The translations under genes were made by a program, and so were the position numbers. Shown piece after piece: positions 43,518 to 56,380 of a DNA stretch of 64,000 nucleotides. Source of the stretch: Bilabrum cf. latius (taxonomy: Eukaryota). The DNA lies in the NCBI GenBank assembly GCA_965178125.1, contig OZ237762.1:62001-126000 (forward strand), given 5' to 3'. Below the pieces are notes generated by a model. It had not been told where the DNA came from, did not search any database, and saw only the letters and a program-made list of their open reading frames with translations. Position 1 is the first letter of the stretch. Each line of letters opens with the position of its first letter.

Positions 43518-43659
43518 GCGGTGTGCCAGTGAGGTGTGTGAGTCGATTCACGGGATGGATCTCGCTAAACTGCTCGCTTTCGATTGATGGATTTCGCTGA
43601 TCTGCTCGCTTTCGATTTCACTTAATTTATCTGATAGTAGCAGCTTTCGATCAAATCAA

Positions 43660-45075
43660 TTATGTTGCCTCGCCCCTGTCGCTTCGTGGCACGCCCGCCG
43701 GCCCATCCTTGAGCCCTTCCCAGATATGTTCCTACTCGCACATACCGGGTATACCTTCATCCTTGTCCACACCCCTACCCTCCTCCAGCAGCCCCACCTC
43801 GCTGCCTCCTCGCTCCAGCGCCCCGTACGCAACCTCGGGTCTTGTCCATTCCCTCTCTTCATCACATCCCCCGCTTTGCCTCCACGCCCCCGCGCCCTCT
43901 TCGCTGCAGCACCACAGATCGCACCACACCACCTCGCGCTGCAATCTCGCCGACCTGCACCCTTGCATGTGTCTGCACCCGCACATCATCGACAGCTCTG
44001 CATACAGCCCTACTACCATCCCAAGCAGCACTACAGACTGCACCGCCCCGGCCATCCATAGCATGACCCGCGCCTGCACCATGCGCCCCGTCATGTGCCC
44101 GAGTGGCCGGTGAGGGAGGGGCAGCACCTCGCGACCCAGGAACAGTGGCACGCTCGCGACTGAGGCGCCCATAATGGGCCCGCTGGACTTGGACGACAAG
44201 GCTATAATCATAACAAACAGGCCGGTGAAGAACATGGCAGCGCCTGCCGGCATGCTGCAGAAGAGGCCGACGGAGGGATCGCACCCCCGGGCGCGAGCGG
44301 TTCGAAGCTGCGAGCATCGCAAGCAGGCGAGCGCTAGCGAGCTCAGGATTGCGGCAATGAGACAGGGGATCCAAGTGTTGACAATGTATCTTCGAACGCT
44401 CGGTTCGGGTCCGAAGTTAGGGAACACTGCAACGTCTGCATCGTCCAGTCCGCCCGTGGTGTAGATGGTTGCCGTGCCGAGCTAAACGGTAGTGGCAAGA
44501 CCAAACATCAAATGGCACCCAAGCCGCATGAAATACCTTATGAATAAGAGCAAGGCAGGAAGTAATTGATCATCATTATCCTCTTTCTTTCTGTTCTCCT
44601 AGATAGGCTGATTGCCGCCGATCATCGCGCCGTCAGGCTGGGACTCAATGATCACCTGCTGAGCCGATACGAACATGAGCAAGTACGAGGCCGCAGCAAT
44701 GATCTGTGCGATAATGCCTCTGCTTAGCTTCTTTGCGCCAGCATTGTCGATACAAAGGTGCTCTGGAATCTCGCTGCTATTCGTAGATACAGTCTGGTTG
44801 CCCTAGGACGCGCAAACTACTAGAGTCTACGTGCTTGATACCGACTTGAGGTCCGCGTCGCACTCTCCGTAGCAATTGAAATTCTTGTTGGGATTGGGCT
44901 GCAGGGCGCTTTGCGTTGCCCAAATCAGGGCAGCTGCAAGTGCGACATAGAAAGTGGATCCAACCAGGCAGGCACCCCGCGCTCTTGCCTTGCTCAGGGA
45001 AACATAATAGGCCCCGAACGGTTCAAACAAAAGTCCGAGAGACACATCTCGGGTAAGGCTGCCGCAACTAGTCAT
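43660..45075 (-). CDS. Hypothetical multi-pass membrane protein; the only host gene here that appears to end in TAA
   Basis: One frame through five TAGs with several hydrophobic helices. Confidence 0.55.
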
Positions 45076-45235
45076 TTGTTTGTGCTCGGCATGCACACCG
45101 GGCCGGCTCCCAGTCTGGTGCGGTGGCGAAGGCTCGTGGAAACGTCGCGGAAAGGCACGATGCAGAAACAAGAAAGAAGGGAATCCTCGCACGCACATGT
45201 ATGTATCGCCCTTGCATTCAAGCACACCCCGGACC

Positions 45236-46783
45236 TCAATTTCCCTCCTCTCCGAATTCCTTGGTCCAATCGTCGAACTGCTTGAGCTCGTCCGCCCCCA
45301 CCGTGGCCTTTGCCCTCTTCATGACCTGCACAAAGTCCGCCGCCGTGACCTTGGGCACCCCCAGGTCATCTCCCTCCAAATCAGCGATGGTCTTGGCCTC
45401 CGCGCCGGGGGCACGAGGGTCGCACGGCTCGTACTTGCCAGTCTCATGGTCTCTTCTAAAGTGCGTGGCTCCACGGATGCGCCTCACTGGCTCGTACAGG
45501 GCCTCGTTGACCACGTGCGAGATGTCCGACCCGCTCATCCCCTCGGACATGACACCCATCGAGTCGAAATCGGAGTCTCCCAGCGTGTGCAGGGTCTTCC
45601 CGATGTGGATCTTGAACATGACCCGCCTGGCATCCGCGTCAGGCAGCGGTATGTAGATCCTCTTCTGGAACCTCCGCCGCATGGCCGCATCGATAGACCA
45701 GGGTGTGTTGGTGGCCCCCAGCACCAGCACGCCCTGGTTGTCCTTGCCCACCCCCTGCATCTGCACCAGGAACTCGTTCAGCACCCTCCTCGAGGAGTCG
45801 CTCTGGTCCCCGCTCCTGCTCCCGCACAGGGAGTCGCACTCGTCGATGAAGATGATGCTGGGCTTCTTGGCGCGGGCAAGGGCAAAGAGGGCACGCACGA
45901 GCTTCTCGCTCTCGCCCTGCCACTTGGACACCAAGTCACTCGAGGACACGGCCAGGAAATGAGAGTCCGCTTCGGTTGCAACCGCCTTGGCGAGGTAGGA
46001 CTTGCCGGTGCCGGGCGGGCCGTACATGAGGATGCCCTGCCAGGGCTTGCGCTTGCCCTGAAACAGCTGGGGGAACTTGACCGGCATAATCACAGCTTCC
46101 TATAAAGCAGCCTTAGCGGCGGCCAGGCCAGCAACGTCCGTCCATTTCACATTGGGCTTCTCGGACACGACCGCACCTGCCAGCCCGCCCATCAGCCTCT
46201 TCTGCTCCGCATCCATGCCCTCCTCTGCAGCGGGGTCGCCCTTCGTGGCCGACGCGGAGCCTCCCGCCGCGGCAGCACCGCCATCGTGCCCATCCTTGAT
46301 AATCTTTTTTAGCTATTCTGCTCGCACCATGTACTCTTCAGCTTTGGCTCCTATGCTCTTCTTCTGCACCTCGCTCTTGGAATCTGCGAAGGCAACACTT
46401 GGGTAGCAGGGCACGCAGTGCTTGTATGGATATACAAAAACCATGCTTGAACGCAAGGATAGCATCATACCATGAATTGCAATGGCTAGCTGCAACGTGC
46501 ACTTCAACAGGCAAAACAGACTCTGTCCTAGAGAAACGCATGATGCCCATGTCTCGATTCGGCAACAATAACACGCTAAATTTTGGCAGCATGATTAGCT
46601 TTGCAATGGCTAATGCAATTGCAAACTGAGAGGAATCGTCTCACAAGTTATCACATGAAGAAATCGCTCCAACGCCTTTTCGTACAAGTCCAGAGCTTTG
46701 GTATAGTCTTTCGCCCTATCAGCATCGATTGCCTCCTTTACCTTAGCAAGTGCATCGTTGAATACCGCGTTCGTGTCCGCCAT
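45236..46783 (-). CDS. VPS4: ESCRT AAA-ATPase Vps4; intron about 46384-46644
   Basis: MIT domain, [61 protein letters not shown]. Confidence 0.96.
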
Positions 46784-48578
46784 GGCCGATGTATGGATCC
46801 CCCGGAATGCGGCTACGGCGCGTTTCTCGGCAATGTCGCGAGTTCGGAAAACTGCACGTTACCGGGACAAGCCAGCAGCCCAGGGCACGTCACCGACAAA
46901 GCGCCACATCGCAGGCGGTTATTCGTTTTCTCGAAGGTGCCGCAGGAGGGCACAACCAGAGCCATGTGACGGCACTGGCTGAGCGAGTGCAGGTGGAGAG
47001 GCTCCTCTGGGATGCCTCATCTCCGCTTGCGCACGACAGACTCGCTCCAGTCGATGCAGTCACCAGAGAGTACGCAGGAGTGGCGCGAGCCACAATCCGC
47101 GCCGCCAGGTCCCAAGGAGCCGGGTCTTGGCTGCATGCGCCGCTCTCTGTCCTGAGCCGAGTCCAGCCTGAAGATGCCCGGGGCATGTTCTGCCAGCGTC
47201 TCGCCATCCCACAGCCGTGCAGCTGTCCCCCACAACCTCTTGGGGCAACGCACGGTGCATGTGGGGAGGCGTGGCGCGTCACGCAGATCTGCCCGGGGTG
47301 CCGGAAGCAGGGCAAGGTAGTCGAACTGATCTAGTCAGTTCGCCACGGTGCCACGTGCAAGGACAAGCGTGTCTGCGGAGGCCTTCCAGGCCGCAGGCAC
47401 TTCCGGGTGCTCAACGTGCTCGAGCAGGTGGTCCGCGAGGCCACGGGCAGACGCCCTATCCGGGAGCCAGAGGGCCAAGTGGCCCGGCTGCCGGGTCGGC
47501 GCGGTCCGCTCGTGCCACGAGGCGACCTATTCTTTGAGCACGAGGGGACGGCTTATCTCATCGATGTCACGGTGGTTGATTCCACTGCGGCAACTTACCG
47601 GTGGGACCGCTCGTCGTGGAGGATTGGCAGCGACTGGCAAGAGGGGTCTGCTCTGCGGGCCGCGCATGCCACGAAGCTGGCCAGCTACGGCAGGCCCGTC
47701 GACCTCGGAGCGCTCGGCGTCCGGATCGGAGGAGAAGACAAGTGGTGTCCTGGGACCGTGAGGACGCAGAAAGGGGCGGTACGCAGTGGCGTGCGGGTCG
47801 TACCCTTTGTGGTGGACGTGTTGGGGGGGATCGGGGAGAAGTCGGTCGAGTTCCTGTAGGTGCTCGATAAGCTGCGGAAGAAGAGGCAGGGTCCCGATTT
47901 GTTATAATACGATGGCATAATTAATCTCTGTCCAACCTGCCGGTTGGTATTTGCTGAGAAAGACGGCGATGGGGACGGGGTGAGCTGGCCCGCACCAGCC
48001 TCACCCAAGGGCTGCCCGCCTCGGCAGCCCCACACCACCACGTCCCGGTCGTCGTCAGGGAACGTGAGCTCCCTGCCGGCAGGTTTGATATCAATCACAC
48101 ATAAAACATGTCAAGCAGGGACCAGTTGGCCGGATCAGCAGGTAGCATCCTGCACCGCAGCCAGTCTGTCCTGCCGTAGACCCTCCATGAGCTCACGGGT
48201 GGGCGGGCTTTCAACAGAACTCCAGTGCCCAGATCTTTATATCTGTGGCGCTGCGTGTTGCGTCTCAGCCTCCACTCGAGCACTTGCCTCAAGGGAAGTG
48301 CCTCGGGAGCACAAACCAGGACCCGAACGACTCGGAATCAGTCGGGCCTGATCCCAAGTCTTACCGGGTCCCGATTTGTTATAATACGATGGCATAATTA
48401 ATCTCTGTCCAACCTGCCGGTTGGTATTTGCTGAGAAAGACGGCGATGGGGACGGGGTGAGCTGGCCCGCACCAGCCTCACCCAAGGGCTGCCCGCCTCG
48501 GCAGCCCCACACCACATTGATGCTACTCGGACGGGAGGGGCGCCCGTCCGTTGTCCTCTCGCCATTCTGACTCATTCC

Positions 48579-49500
48579 TTAGAGCTCCGCTACTGCCTTC
48601 TTGAACGCCACAGCCAGCTTGGGCAAGTGGTCCTTGCTCATGCAGTACACGGCATTCTCCAACGACTTCCAGTCGGCGTGCTTGTACATAACACCCACGG
48701 CGGCAACTGTTGCCTGTTCGCCTAGAGTGCGTGCTGAAGGACTCCGTGATCTCGCTCGTGCCCGTGCAGTACGCCTCCATCATCCTCCTGATGGCTGTCG
48801 TCCAGCTTGCTTACCAACGCTTTGTTGTCTTGGCGTCCGAATTCACGAACCGATAGGTCTTGGAGTCAGCAGGGTCGTCGCCGCAGCCGGCTAGTCTACT
48901 GCAATGTCCCCCAGATCGTGGTTCGCTGATGCACCTCGTCCAGTCGCTTCAGTGCGGTCTGGCCCATTGGGATGAGCACTGCCTACAGCGTGTCCCTTAC
49001 AGCTGTTGTCTTCCAGAGAGAGAACATGGCCATATATGTGCACTTGCCCTTGTACATCATACTCGCGTCATCCATGGTCCGGGACCGCAGCTCGTTGCCG
49101 CGACACGTGCCGCCGATGCCCACTAGTGGAGCCTCGAGGGCAAGGATCTCTTCGGGTTTGCCCGCCTTGGGCCCGCCGTCTGTGACCATTGCGGTGCTCC
49201 ATCTAGATGATGGGAGCACGCTTCTTCCGGTTGCCCACGTCGTGCAGCCTCTTGTCCCTGCCTACCATCACCGTGTTGGTCGTTCCGGATGTGTCGGGGG
49301 ATGGAGATGCAGCCCGTCACGTCGATATATCTCGACACGTGGAGAAGGTTGACCTGAGCGTGGAGCCCTGGAGATTGCCGCGCTCCATGCGCAGCACCAT
49401 ATGGGCAGGGATCCGGTCAAGATTCTTGATCGCCTCCGCAATCGTGGTGCCGTTGGGGCCGAAGTCTATCAACAGTCTACCTACTGGACGACGCGAAGCC
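48579..49500 (-). pseudogene. Frameshifted tyrosine recombinase
   Basis: GTCRGNELRSRTMDD (box I), SLWKT, FSTHS-RRTG (box II), KHADWKS...Y spread over different frames; ends TAA. Confidence 0.7.
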
Positions 49501-49734
49501 ACTCGCGCCGGCTCGCCAGGCTGACATCAACCGCACTGCAGCGTATGGCAGGCGCACCCAAGCGCCATCGAGACCAAGCAAGCCCAACTCTGTGGCAGCC
49601 GACGCGAAGCAGCCCACCCCGGCTCGCCTGGCTGACTTTGACAGCAAGGCGGCCACTGGCAGGCGCGCACATGCGCCATCAAGCCCCAGCAAGAGCAAGT
49701 ATACCCATAATGCACTCTGATCCCTCCAGCCTCA

Positions 49735-50905
49735 GAGTCTGCACCACGATGTGCTCTGCTCTCACCAGCCTCATAGTCTGCACCACGATGTGCTCGGCTC
49801 TCACCAGCCGCAGAGTCTGCACCACGATGTGCTCTGCTCTCACCAGCCGCCGGGCCTGCACCACGATGTGCTCTGCTCACAGCAGCCGCAGAGTCTGCAC
49901 CACGATGTGCTCTGCTCACACCAGCCGCTGAGTCTGCACCACGATGTGCTCTGCTCTCACCAGCCGCCGGGCCTGCACCACGATGTGCTCTGCTCACCTT
50001 AGCCGCAGAGTCTCCTCGTCGTCATCACCATCAGATACCTCTGCCCGTTTCCCACCGGCGAGCCCTCGTTGAATAGAGCCTACGGCGTCAACCCTAGTCG
50101 CCTCGGCAGAGCTGCCCTATAAGAGGGCAAGACGCACATCCGGAGCGGGAGGAGAGGCAGCTGGCATCTACAGCGAGGCGCGCTGCTCACAGCAGCCGCC
50201 GAGCCTGCACTACGAAATGCTCTGCTCACACCAGCCGCTGAGTCTGCACCACGATGTGCTCTGCTCACACCAGCCGCTGAGTCCGCACCACGATGTGCTC
50301 TGCTCACAGCAGCCGCAGAGTCTGCACCACGATGTGCTCTGCTCTCACCAGCCTCATAGTCTGCACCACGATGTGCTCTGCTCACACCAGCCGCTGAGTC
50401 TGCACTACGATGTGCTCTGCTCACAGCAGCCGCAGAGTCTGCACCACGATGTGCTCTGCTCTCACCAGCCTCATAGTCTGCACCACGATGTGCTCTGCTC
50501 TCACCAGCCGCCGGGCCTGCACCACGATATGCTCTGCTCACCTTAGCCGCAGAGTCTCCTCGTCGTCATCCCCATCAGATACCTCTGCCTGCTTCCCACC
50601 GGCGAGCCCTCGTTGAATAGAGCCTACGGCGTCAACCCTAGTCGCCTCGGCAGAGCTGCCCTAAAGAGGGCAAGACGCACATCCGGAGCGGGAGGAGAGG
50701 CAGCTGGCATCTACAGCGAGGCGCGCTGCTCACAGCAGCCGCCGAGCCTGCACTACGATGTGCTCGGCTCTCACCAGCCGCAGAGTCTGCACCCCGATGT
50801 GCGCTTCTCTCACTAGCCGCCGGGCCTGCACCACGATGTGCTCGGCTCTCACTAGCCGCTGAGTCTGCACCACGATGTGCTCGGCACTCACCAGCCGCAG
50901 AGTCT
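49735..50905. repeat. Three blocks of 39-bp minisatellite separated by a duplicated spacer of about 200 bp
   Basis: Unit gtctgcaccacgatgtgctctgctc(t/a)caccagccgcaga with variants. Confidence 0.92.
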
Positions 50906-53620
50906 GCTGCCCCCTCGTCGTCATCCCCATCAGATACCTCTGCCTGTTTCCCACCGGGGAGCCCTCGTCGAATAGAGCCTACGGCGTCAACCCCCGAGGC
51001 CTCGGCAGATCTGCCCTATAAGAGGGCAGACGCACACCCGGGGCTGAAGGAGAGGCAGCCAATAGGTCTCCCGAGAGTTGATCGGTTGTACGCAAAGCAG
51101 AGCTGGGCGGGGCTCGTAAGTGCCGCACAGCCACCCCAGCGTGGGACCCGCTCGACGGTAGGAGTGTGGGTCCAAGCCCATCTTTCCCCCTACTGTCGGC
51201 TATATCCCTTCTAGGAACGGAGCTGGAAGACGATGACGAAGAAGCATTACCTGAGGCCCCGCCCCGGCCAAGTACTTGTGTCGCGGCGATGCGGCTGGCC
51301 CCACGTCTGGCAGCCAGCGTCGCCTTGGCACGTTCAGCAGCGGAATCTGGCTCACGGGTGTAGGTCACGCTCTCCTGCTTGATCCAGCTACAACCTCAGC
51401 GCTCAACGGTATAACACTGCTGCTACGGAGGCCTCGAGCGCGGCGGCCACCAGCCCCGTCGTGAGTGTGGCCTCCTCTATCACTCCGGTTTGCGCGTCCT
51501 CCAGCTTTACTGCGTGTGCCCGACACGTCAGGCCCGCCGGGCGCCCGCACTCCGTGGGTACCCTAGACAGTCTATGGCAGGCGCACACTGGCGTTCTGAA
51601 GACCAATCAAGCCCAAGTCGATCTACTAGATGACGCAAAGCGACCCGCCAAGGGCTCGCCAGGCTGACATCCACAGCACGGCGGTCCGCAGCAGGCGCAC
51701 GCTGGTGCCATCAAGACCACGTCCTCCCAAGTAAACCCAAGATGGCGCTGCACTCACCAGCCGCAGAGTCTACACCACGATGTGCTCGGCTCTCACCAGC
51801 CGCAGAGTCTGCTGCCCCCTCGTCGTCATCCCCATCAGATACCTCTGCCTGTTTCCCACCGGCGAGCCCTCGTTGAATAGAGCCTACGGCGTCAACCCCC
51901 GAGGCCCCGGCAGATCTGCCCTATAAGAGGGCAGACGCACATCCGGGGCTGAAGGAGAGGCAGCCAATAGGTCTCCCGAGAGTTGATCGGTTGTACGCAA
52001 AGCAGAGCTGGGCGGGGCTCGTAAGGGCCGCACAGCCACCCCAGCGTGGGACCCGCTCGACGGTAGGAGTGTGGGTCCAAGCCCATCTTTCCCCCTACTG
52101 TCGGCTATATCCCTTCTAGGAACGGAGCTGGAAGACGATGACGAAGAAGCACTACCTGAGGCCCCGCCCCGGCCAAGTACTTGTGTCGCGGCGATACGGC
52201 TGGCCCCACCTCCGGCAGCCAGCGTCGCCTTGGCACGTTCAGCAGCGGAATCTGGCTCACGGGTGTAGGTCATGCTCTCCTGCTTGATCCAGCTACAACC
52301 TCAGCGCCCGAGGGTACCCCACTGCTGCCGCTACCGGAGTAGTGGCGCCGGCGACGTCGGAGCACTCTCCCCGCCCACGTCGGCGTCCCTCCTGAACCGG
52401 GCGCTGCTGCCGCCGCTTTCGTTTTTGCGCTATGGAGGATTTCCCCGCTGCGGAAAGCTCGAGGACGGCGGCCACTACATCATTTGCGAGTATGGCCTCC
52501 TCCATCACCACGGTCTGCACGTCCTGCAGCTTGACTGCGCCTTGAGCCCGACACGTCAGGCCCGCCGAGCACCTGCACTCCGTGGGTGCCCTTCCCACCG
52601 GCTCGCCAAGCTGCCCTCCACAGCAAGACAGTCTATGGCAGGCGCACACTGGCGTTCTGAAGACCAATCAAGCCCAAGTCGATCTACTAGATGACGCAAA
52701 GCGACCCGCCAAGGGCTCGCCAGGCTGACATCCACAGCACGGCGGTCCGCAGCAGGCGCACGCTGGTGCCATCAAGACCACGCCATCCCAAGTAAACCCA
52801 AGATGGCGCTGCACTCACCAGCCGCAGAGTCTACACCACGATGTGCTCGGCTCTCACCAGCCGCAGAGTCTGCTGCCCCCTCGTCGTCATCCCCATCAGA
52901 TACCTCTGCCTGTTTCCCACCGGCGAGCCCTCGTTGAATAGAGCCTACGGCGTCAACCCCCGAGGCCCCGGCAGATCTGCCCTATAAGAGGGCAGACGCA
53001 CATCCGGGGCTGAAGGAGAGGCAGCCAATAGGTCTCCCGAGAGTTGATCGGTTGTACGCAAAGCAGAGCTGGGCGGGGCCCGTAAGTGCCGCACAGCCAC
53101 CCCAGCGTGGGACCCGCTCGACGGTAGGAGTGTGAGTCCAGGCCCATCTTTCCCCCTACTGTCGGCTATATCCCTTCTAGGAACGGAGCTGGAAGACGAT
53201 GACGAAGAAGCACTACCTGAGGCCCCGCCCCGGCCAAGTACTTGTGTCGCGGCGATGCGGCTGGCCCCACGTCTGGCAGCCAGCGTCGCCTTGGCACGTT
53301 CAGCAGCGGAATCTGGCGCACGGGTGTAGGTCACGCTCTCCTGCTTGATCCAGCTACAACCTCAGCGCCCGAGGGTACCCCACTGCTGCCGCTACCGGAG
53401 TAGTGGCGCGGCGACGTCGGAGCACTCTCCTTGCGCCACTTCCTGCACCGGGCGCCGCTGCCTCCGCCTTCTCCTGCGCGATTGAGAAGTTCCACGATGC
53501 GGAGAGCTCGAGGCTGGCAGCCACCAGATACTTCACGAGCTGGGCCTCCTCCAGCACTACGGTTTGATGTCCTCCAGCTCTACGGCGTCCGTGCTCGACA
53601 CGTCAGGCCCGCCGGGCGCC
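50860..53620. repeat. Three imperfect copies of a 0.9-1.06 kb unit inside the YR element
   Basis: Near-identical 129-codon frames at 50979, 51884 and 52945. Confidence 0.9.
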
Positions 53621-55109
53621 TACTCCGTGGGTGCCGTTCGCCTCGGCCACCCGGTGGCTGCCGCCGTATCCACTGCCCCAGTTATTGCCGCGTTCTGCAG
53701 GCTGATGAGGTGCCGCATCGCCGTCATCTGGAGGAGGTCGCACGCTAGCTGCGCACCTGTTGGCGTGCCGTCGAGCATGGTCCACCGGAACACCCGCACC
53801 ATCAGTGGCGACTCGTCGCCTTCGGCGGACCGCCCTAGCTTAGGGAAAGAGTCGACCATGGCTGCTACCGCCTGTGGCCGTGGTTTCGAGCTCATTTCTG
53901 TGAAGAGAACTAGAGTGGGAGCCATGCTGACGAGAAAATGATCTCGCCGGCGTTGCTGTGCCTGGTCCGCGGTCTCGCATGACTTATACGCGCATTCCGG
54001 TTCCGCTAGTGCTTCCTTGCATCCACAAAAGGTAAGCTTGGCTGCGGCTGCGGCTCCCAGGCCGTCACGGATGCGGCACGAGCCGGGTCAAAATTTTGCG
54101 GTTAACTTCAGATACCCCGGGAACTCGCTACCGGCCGCACTTTGTACGCCCTCCAATAGTTCGTTAATAGTTCAAACCAACATTCGCACTAAGAGTGATA
54201 CGCTAAGCAGGCGAGTACGCATGGCGTTGAGTTGCAGCGTGAGTGTTGGCATTTCGGACCCGTCGGTGGCCAACAGTCGGTAAATTCCAGAGAATTCGTG
54301 GGCACCACCTTTCAACAGAACTCCAGTGCCCAGATCTTTATATCTGTGGCGCTGCGTGTTGCGTCTCAGCCTCCACTCGAGCACTTGCCTCAAGGGAAGT
54401 GCCTCGGGAGCACAAACCAGGACCCGAACGACTCGGAATCAGTCGGGCCTGATCCCAAGTCTTACCGGAGGACAAAGGGCGGCGGGTTCCGACTCGTCCG
54501 GCCAACGCGCGCCTCTCGTGGTCTTCCGTGGCAAAGGCTCGCCTCTCCGTTGCCGCCTAGCACCAGCACGTGCGCGGGGAACAGCGTGTGTACCACACTA
54601 TGTACTCACGGGTCATGCAGGACCACTCAAGGATCCTCGATTTTGTCTCGAAGGGATCGAGGAGGGCTGCAGCGAAGGCCAAACGGGCGCTCGCAAGGGC
54701 GATCCGAGAGGACTTTGCCAGCCTGGCTGTAGGGGCAGCCGAAAACAACAACCTCGCCGTGGCGATCGCCAACGTCAAGGCAGGGTTGGCTCAGAACGGG
54801 CAGCAGGACGGGGTGCCGGCAGCGGGCGCCGGAGGGAACGTGAATGCTGACGCTCCCCATGGGGAAATGGGTCCCCAGGGTGGAGCTTAGGTGGTTTAGG
54901 CCATTGCAGCTGAAGCGTGAAGTCTGGTAGGTCCCGGGCCCTCGTTCCAGATGTTTCTTCGTGATAGCGTGCGCTTTTGAGTTGAGTCCACAAAATATCA
55001 GATCCCCCCCAGCAGCCCAGGCAGCAGCCGGCGCCAGGGGTGGCATGCGCACGTCACCGACAAAGCTTGCAGGCAACAGTTAAGTTAGAACAACCATAAT
55101 CAATCGTAG

Positions 55110-56160
55110 TCAACCGCGCGGCAGCCCAGAATGCGGATGCCGAGCTTCAAGCTCTTTCACCCGATCCAAAGCAGCCCGGCGAGACTCGGCCAGCGACCCG
55201 ATCCAATCCTGCTCCTCGTCTCCGAGCAGTGCCCCATGGTCCTGCAGCACTTTCACGCATATCCTGTGTCCACCCACTATTGCCGCCTGCAGCGGTGACA
55301 CCAGCTGGTCCCCGTCGACCAGCCCCTTCCTCTGCAGCCCGCCCGCCAGCTTGCCCAGCCTCAGTCGCTTGCCCAGCTCCAGTGGCCTGCCGTTCGCTGC
55401 CGCATTGAACACCATGGTAGCATCTCTCTGCGCGATAGCTGCCTGCCTCCAAGCCACCAGATGGTGCGCCCTTCTGCTAAATCGCTCGATCAAGCGGATC
55501 GTGCTCGCGAGCCTGCCAATCGGAACTGCTAGATCCCTAGAGCCCGCCCTATTCCTCCGCATCCTCATCCTGGATGGTAAGTGCCCACGATTGTTTGCAA
55601 CATCTGACCGAGCACCAGCATGCAGCAGCAGCTTGGCGCACTCTTGCCTTCCATGCATGGCAGCCGCATGCAAGGCAGTGTCGCCCATCCTGTCCCTGTG
55701 GTTGACATTGGCCCCTGCCTCAATCAGTGAACGAGCACAATCCATGTATCCCCTCCGGCAAGCGAATGTCAGTGGTGTTCTTCCATCAGCCATCCTGACG
55801 TCTACAGCTGCATCGGCCTGCACCAACAAACGAACACACCGGACATGACCGCCATTGCATGCAGCGTGCAAGGGTGCCACGTCATCATCCCGCCTTACAT
55901 TAGGGTCTGCTTTAGCTTTGATCAACAAAGAGGCACATTCTACATGCCCGTGCCAACATGCATCAAGAAGCGGCGACTTTCCGATAGGCGTACTGGTGTC
56001 TACAGCTGCACCGGCCTCCAATGCAAACGCACGCAGTTGGCGTGGCCCTGCTCGCTTGCGGTCTGCAGTGGCGTGTATCCATTCCTCTCGACAGCATCCA
56101 TCGCATCTGGGTCGGTACCTGTCTCCGTCAGGATATGGGCACAATCAGCATGTCCATATC
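55110..56160 (-). CDS. Ankyrin-repeat protein; probable frameshift near 56025, so possibly a pseudogene
   Basis: GKSPLLDACWHGH, APLHAACNGGH, GRTPLTFAC, GDTALHAAA; a further repeat (GYTPLQTASEQGHANCVRL) lies upstream in another frame. Confidence 0.75.
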
Positions 56161-56380
56161 GACACAAGTGTTGAGGATCATATTAAGCCCCCCCGGGGTC
56201 TGGTCTCGAGCCGGGGGGGCTATGGCAACCTTGCTCCGTCTTTATCTCTGCCTTCATCTCTGTGCCGAACAAATAGGCATCCACTCTACAACATAGCAGC
56301 TCCTAGGCCATGCACTCATAAACTGCCTACGCACGCCTCTGCTCCGTCACGTCGGTCCTCCGACAGCATCCAGGCCGATA

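Larger units (their letters stand above)
47889..54468 (-). mobile_element. Decayed/non-autonomous Ngaro/PAT-type tyrosine-recombinase retrotransposon with split direct repeats
   Basis: Repeat X at 54309-54468 and 48209-48367; repeat Y at 48366-48514 and 47889-48037; minus-strand order X...YX-unique-Y; YR remnant inside. Confidence 0.85.
46885..55066 (+). mobile_element. 5'-truncated non-LTR retrotransposon with restriction-like endonuclease (CRE/NeSL/R2-like), interrupted at 47890/54469
   Basis: SQGAGSWLHAP, CPGC...H...C knuckle, RHFRV, RGDL...IDVTV, KLASY, VVPFVVDVLGGIG; the ORF resumes in frame after the insertion (RLSVAA*H) to TGA 54920; 18-bp flanking direct repeat gcacgtcaccgacaaagc. 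Confidence 0.75.

Noticed and set aside
50979-53334. Triplicated 129-aa ORF as a functional gene family
   Set aside because: Low complexity, GTG starts in two copies, ends at TAG (not a stop here), and embedded in frameshifted element repeats.
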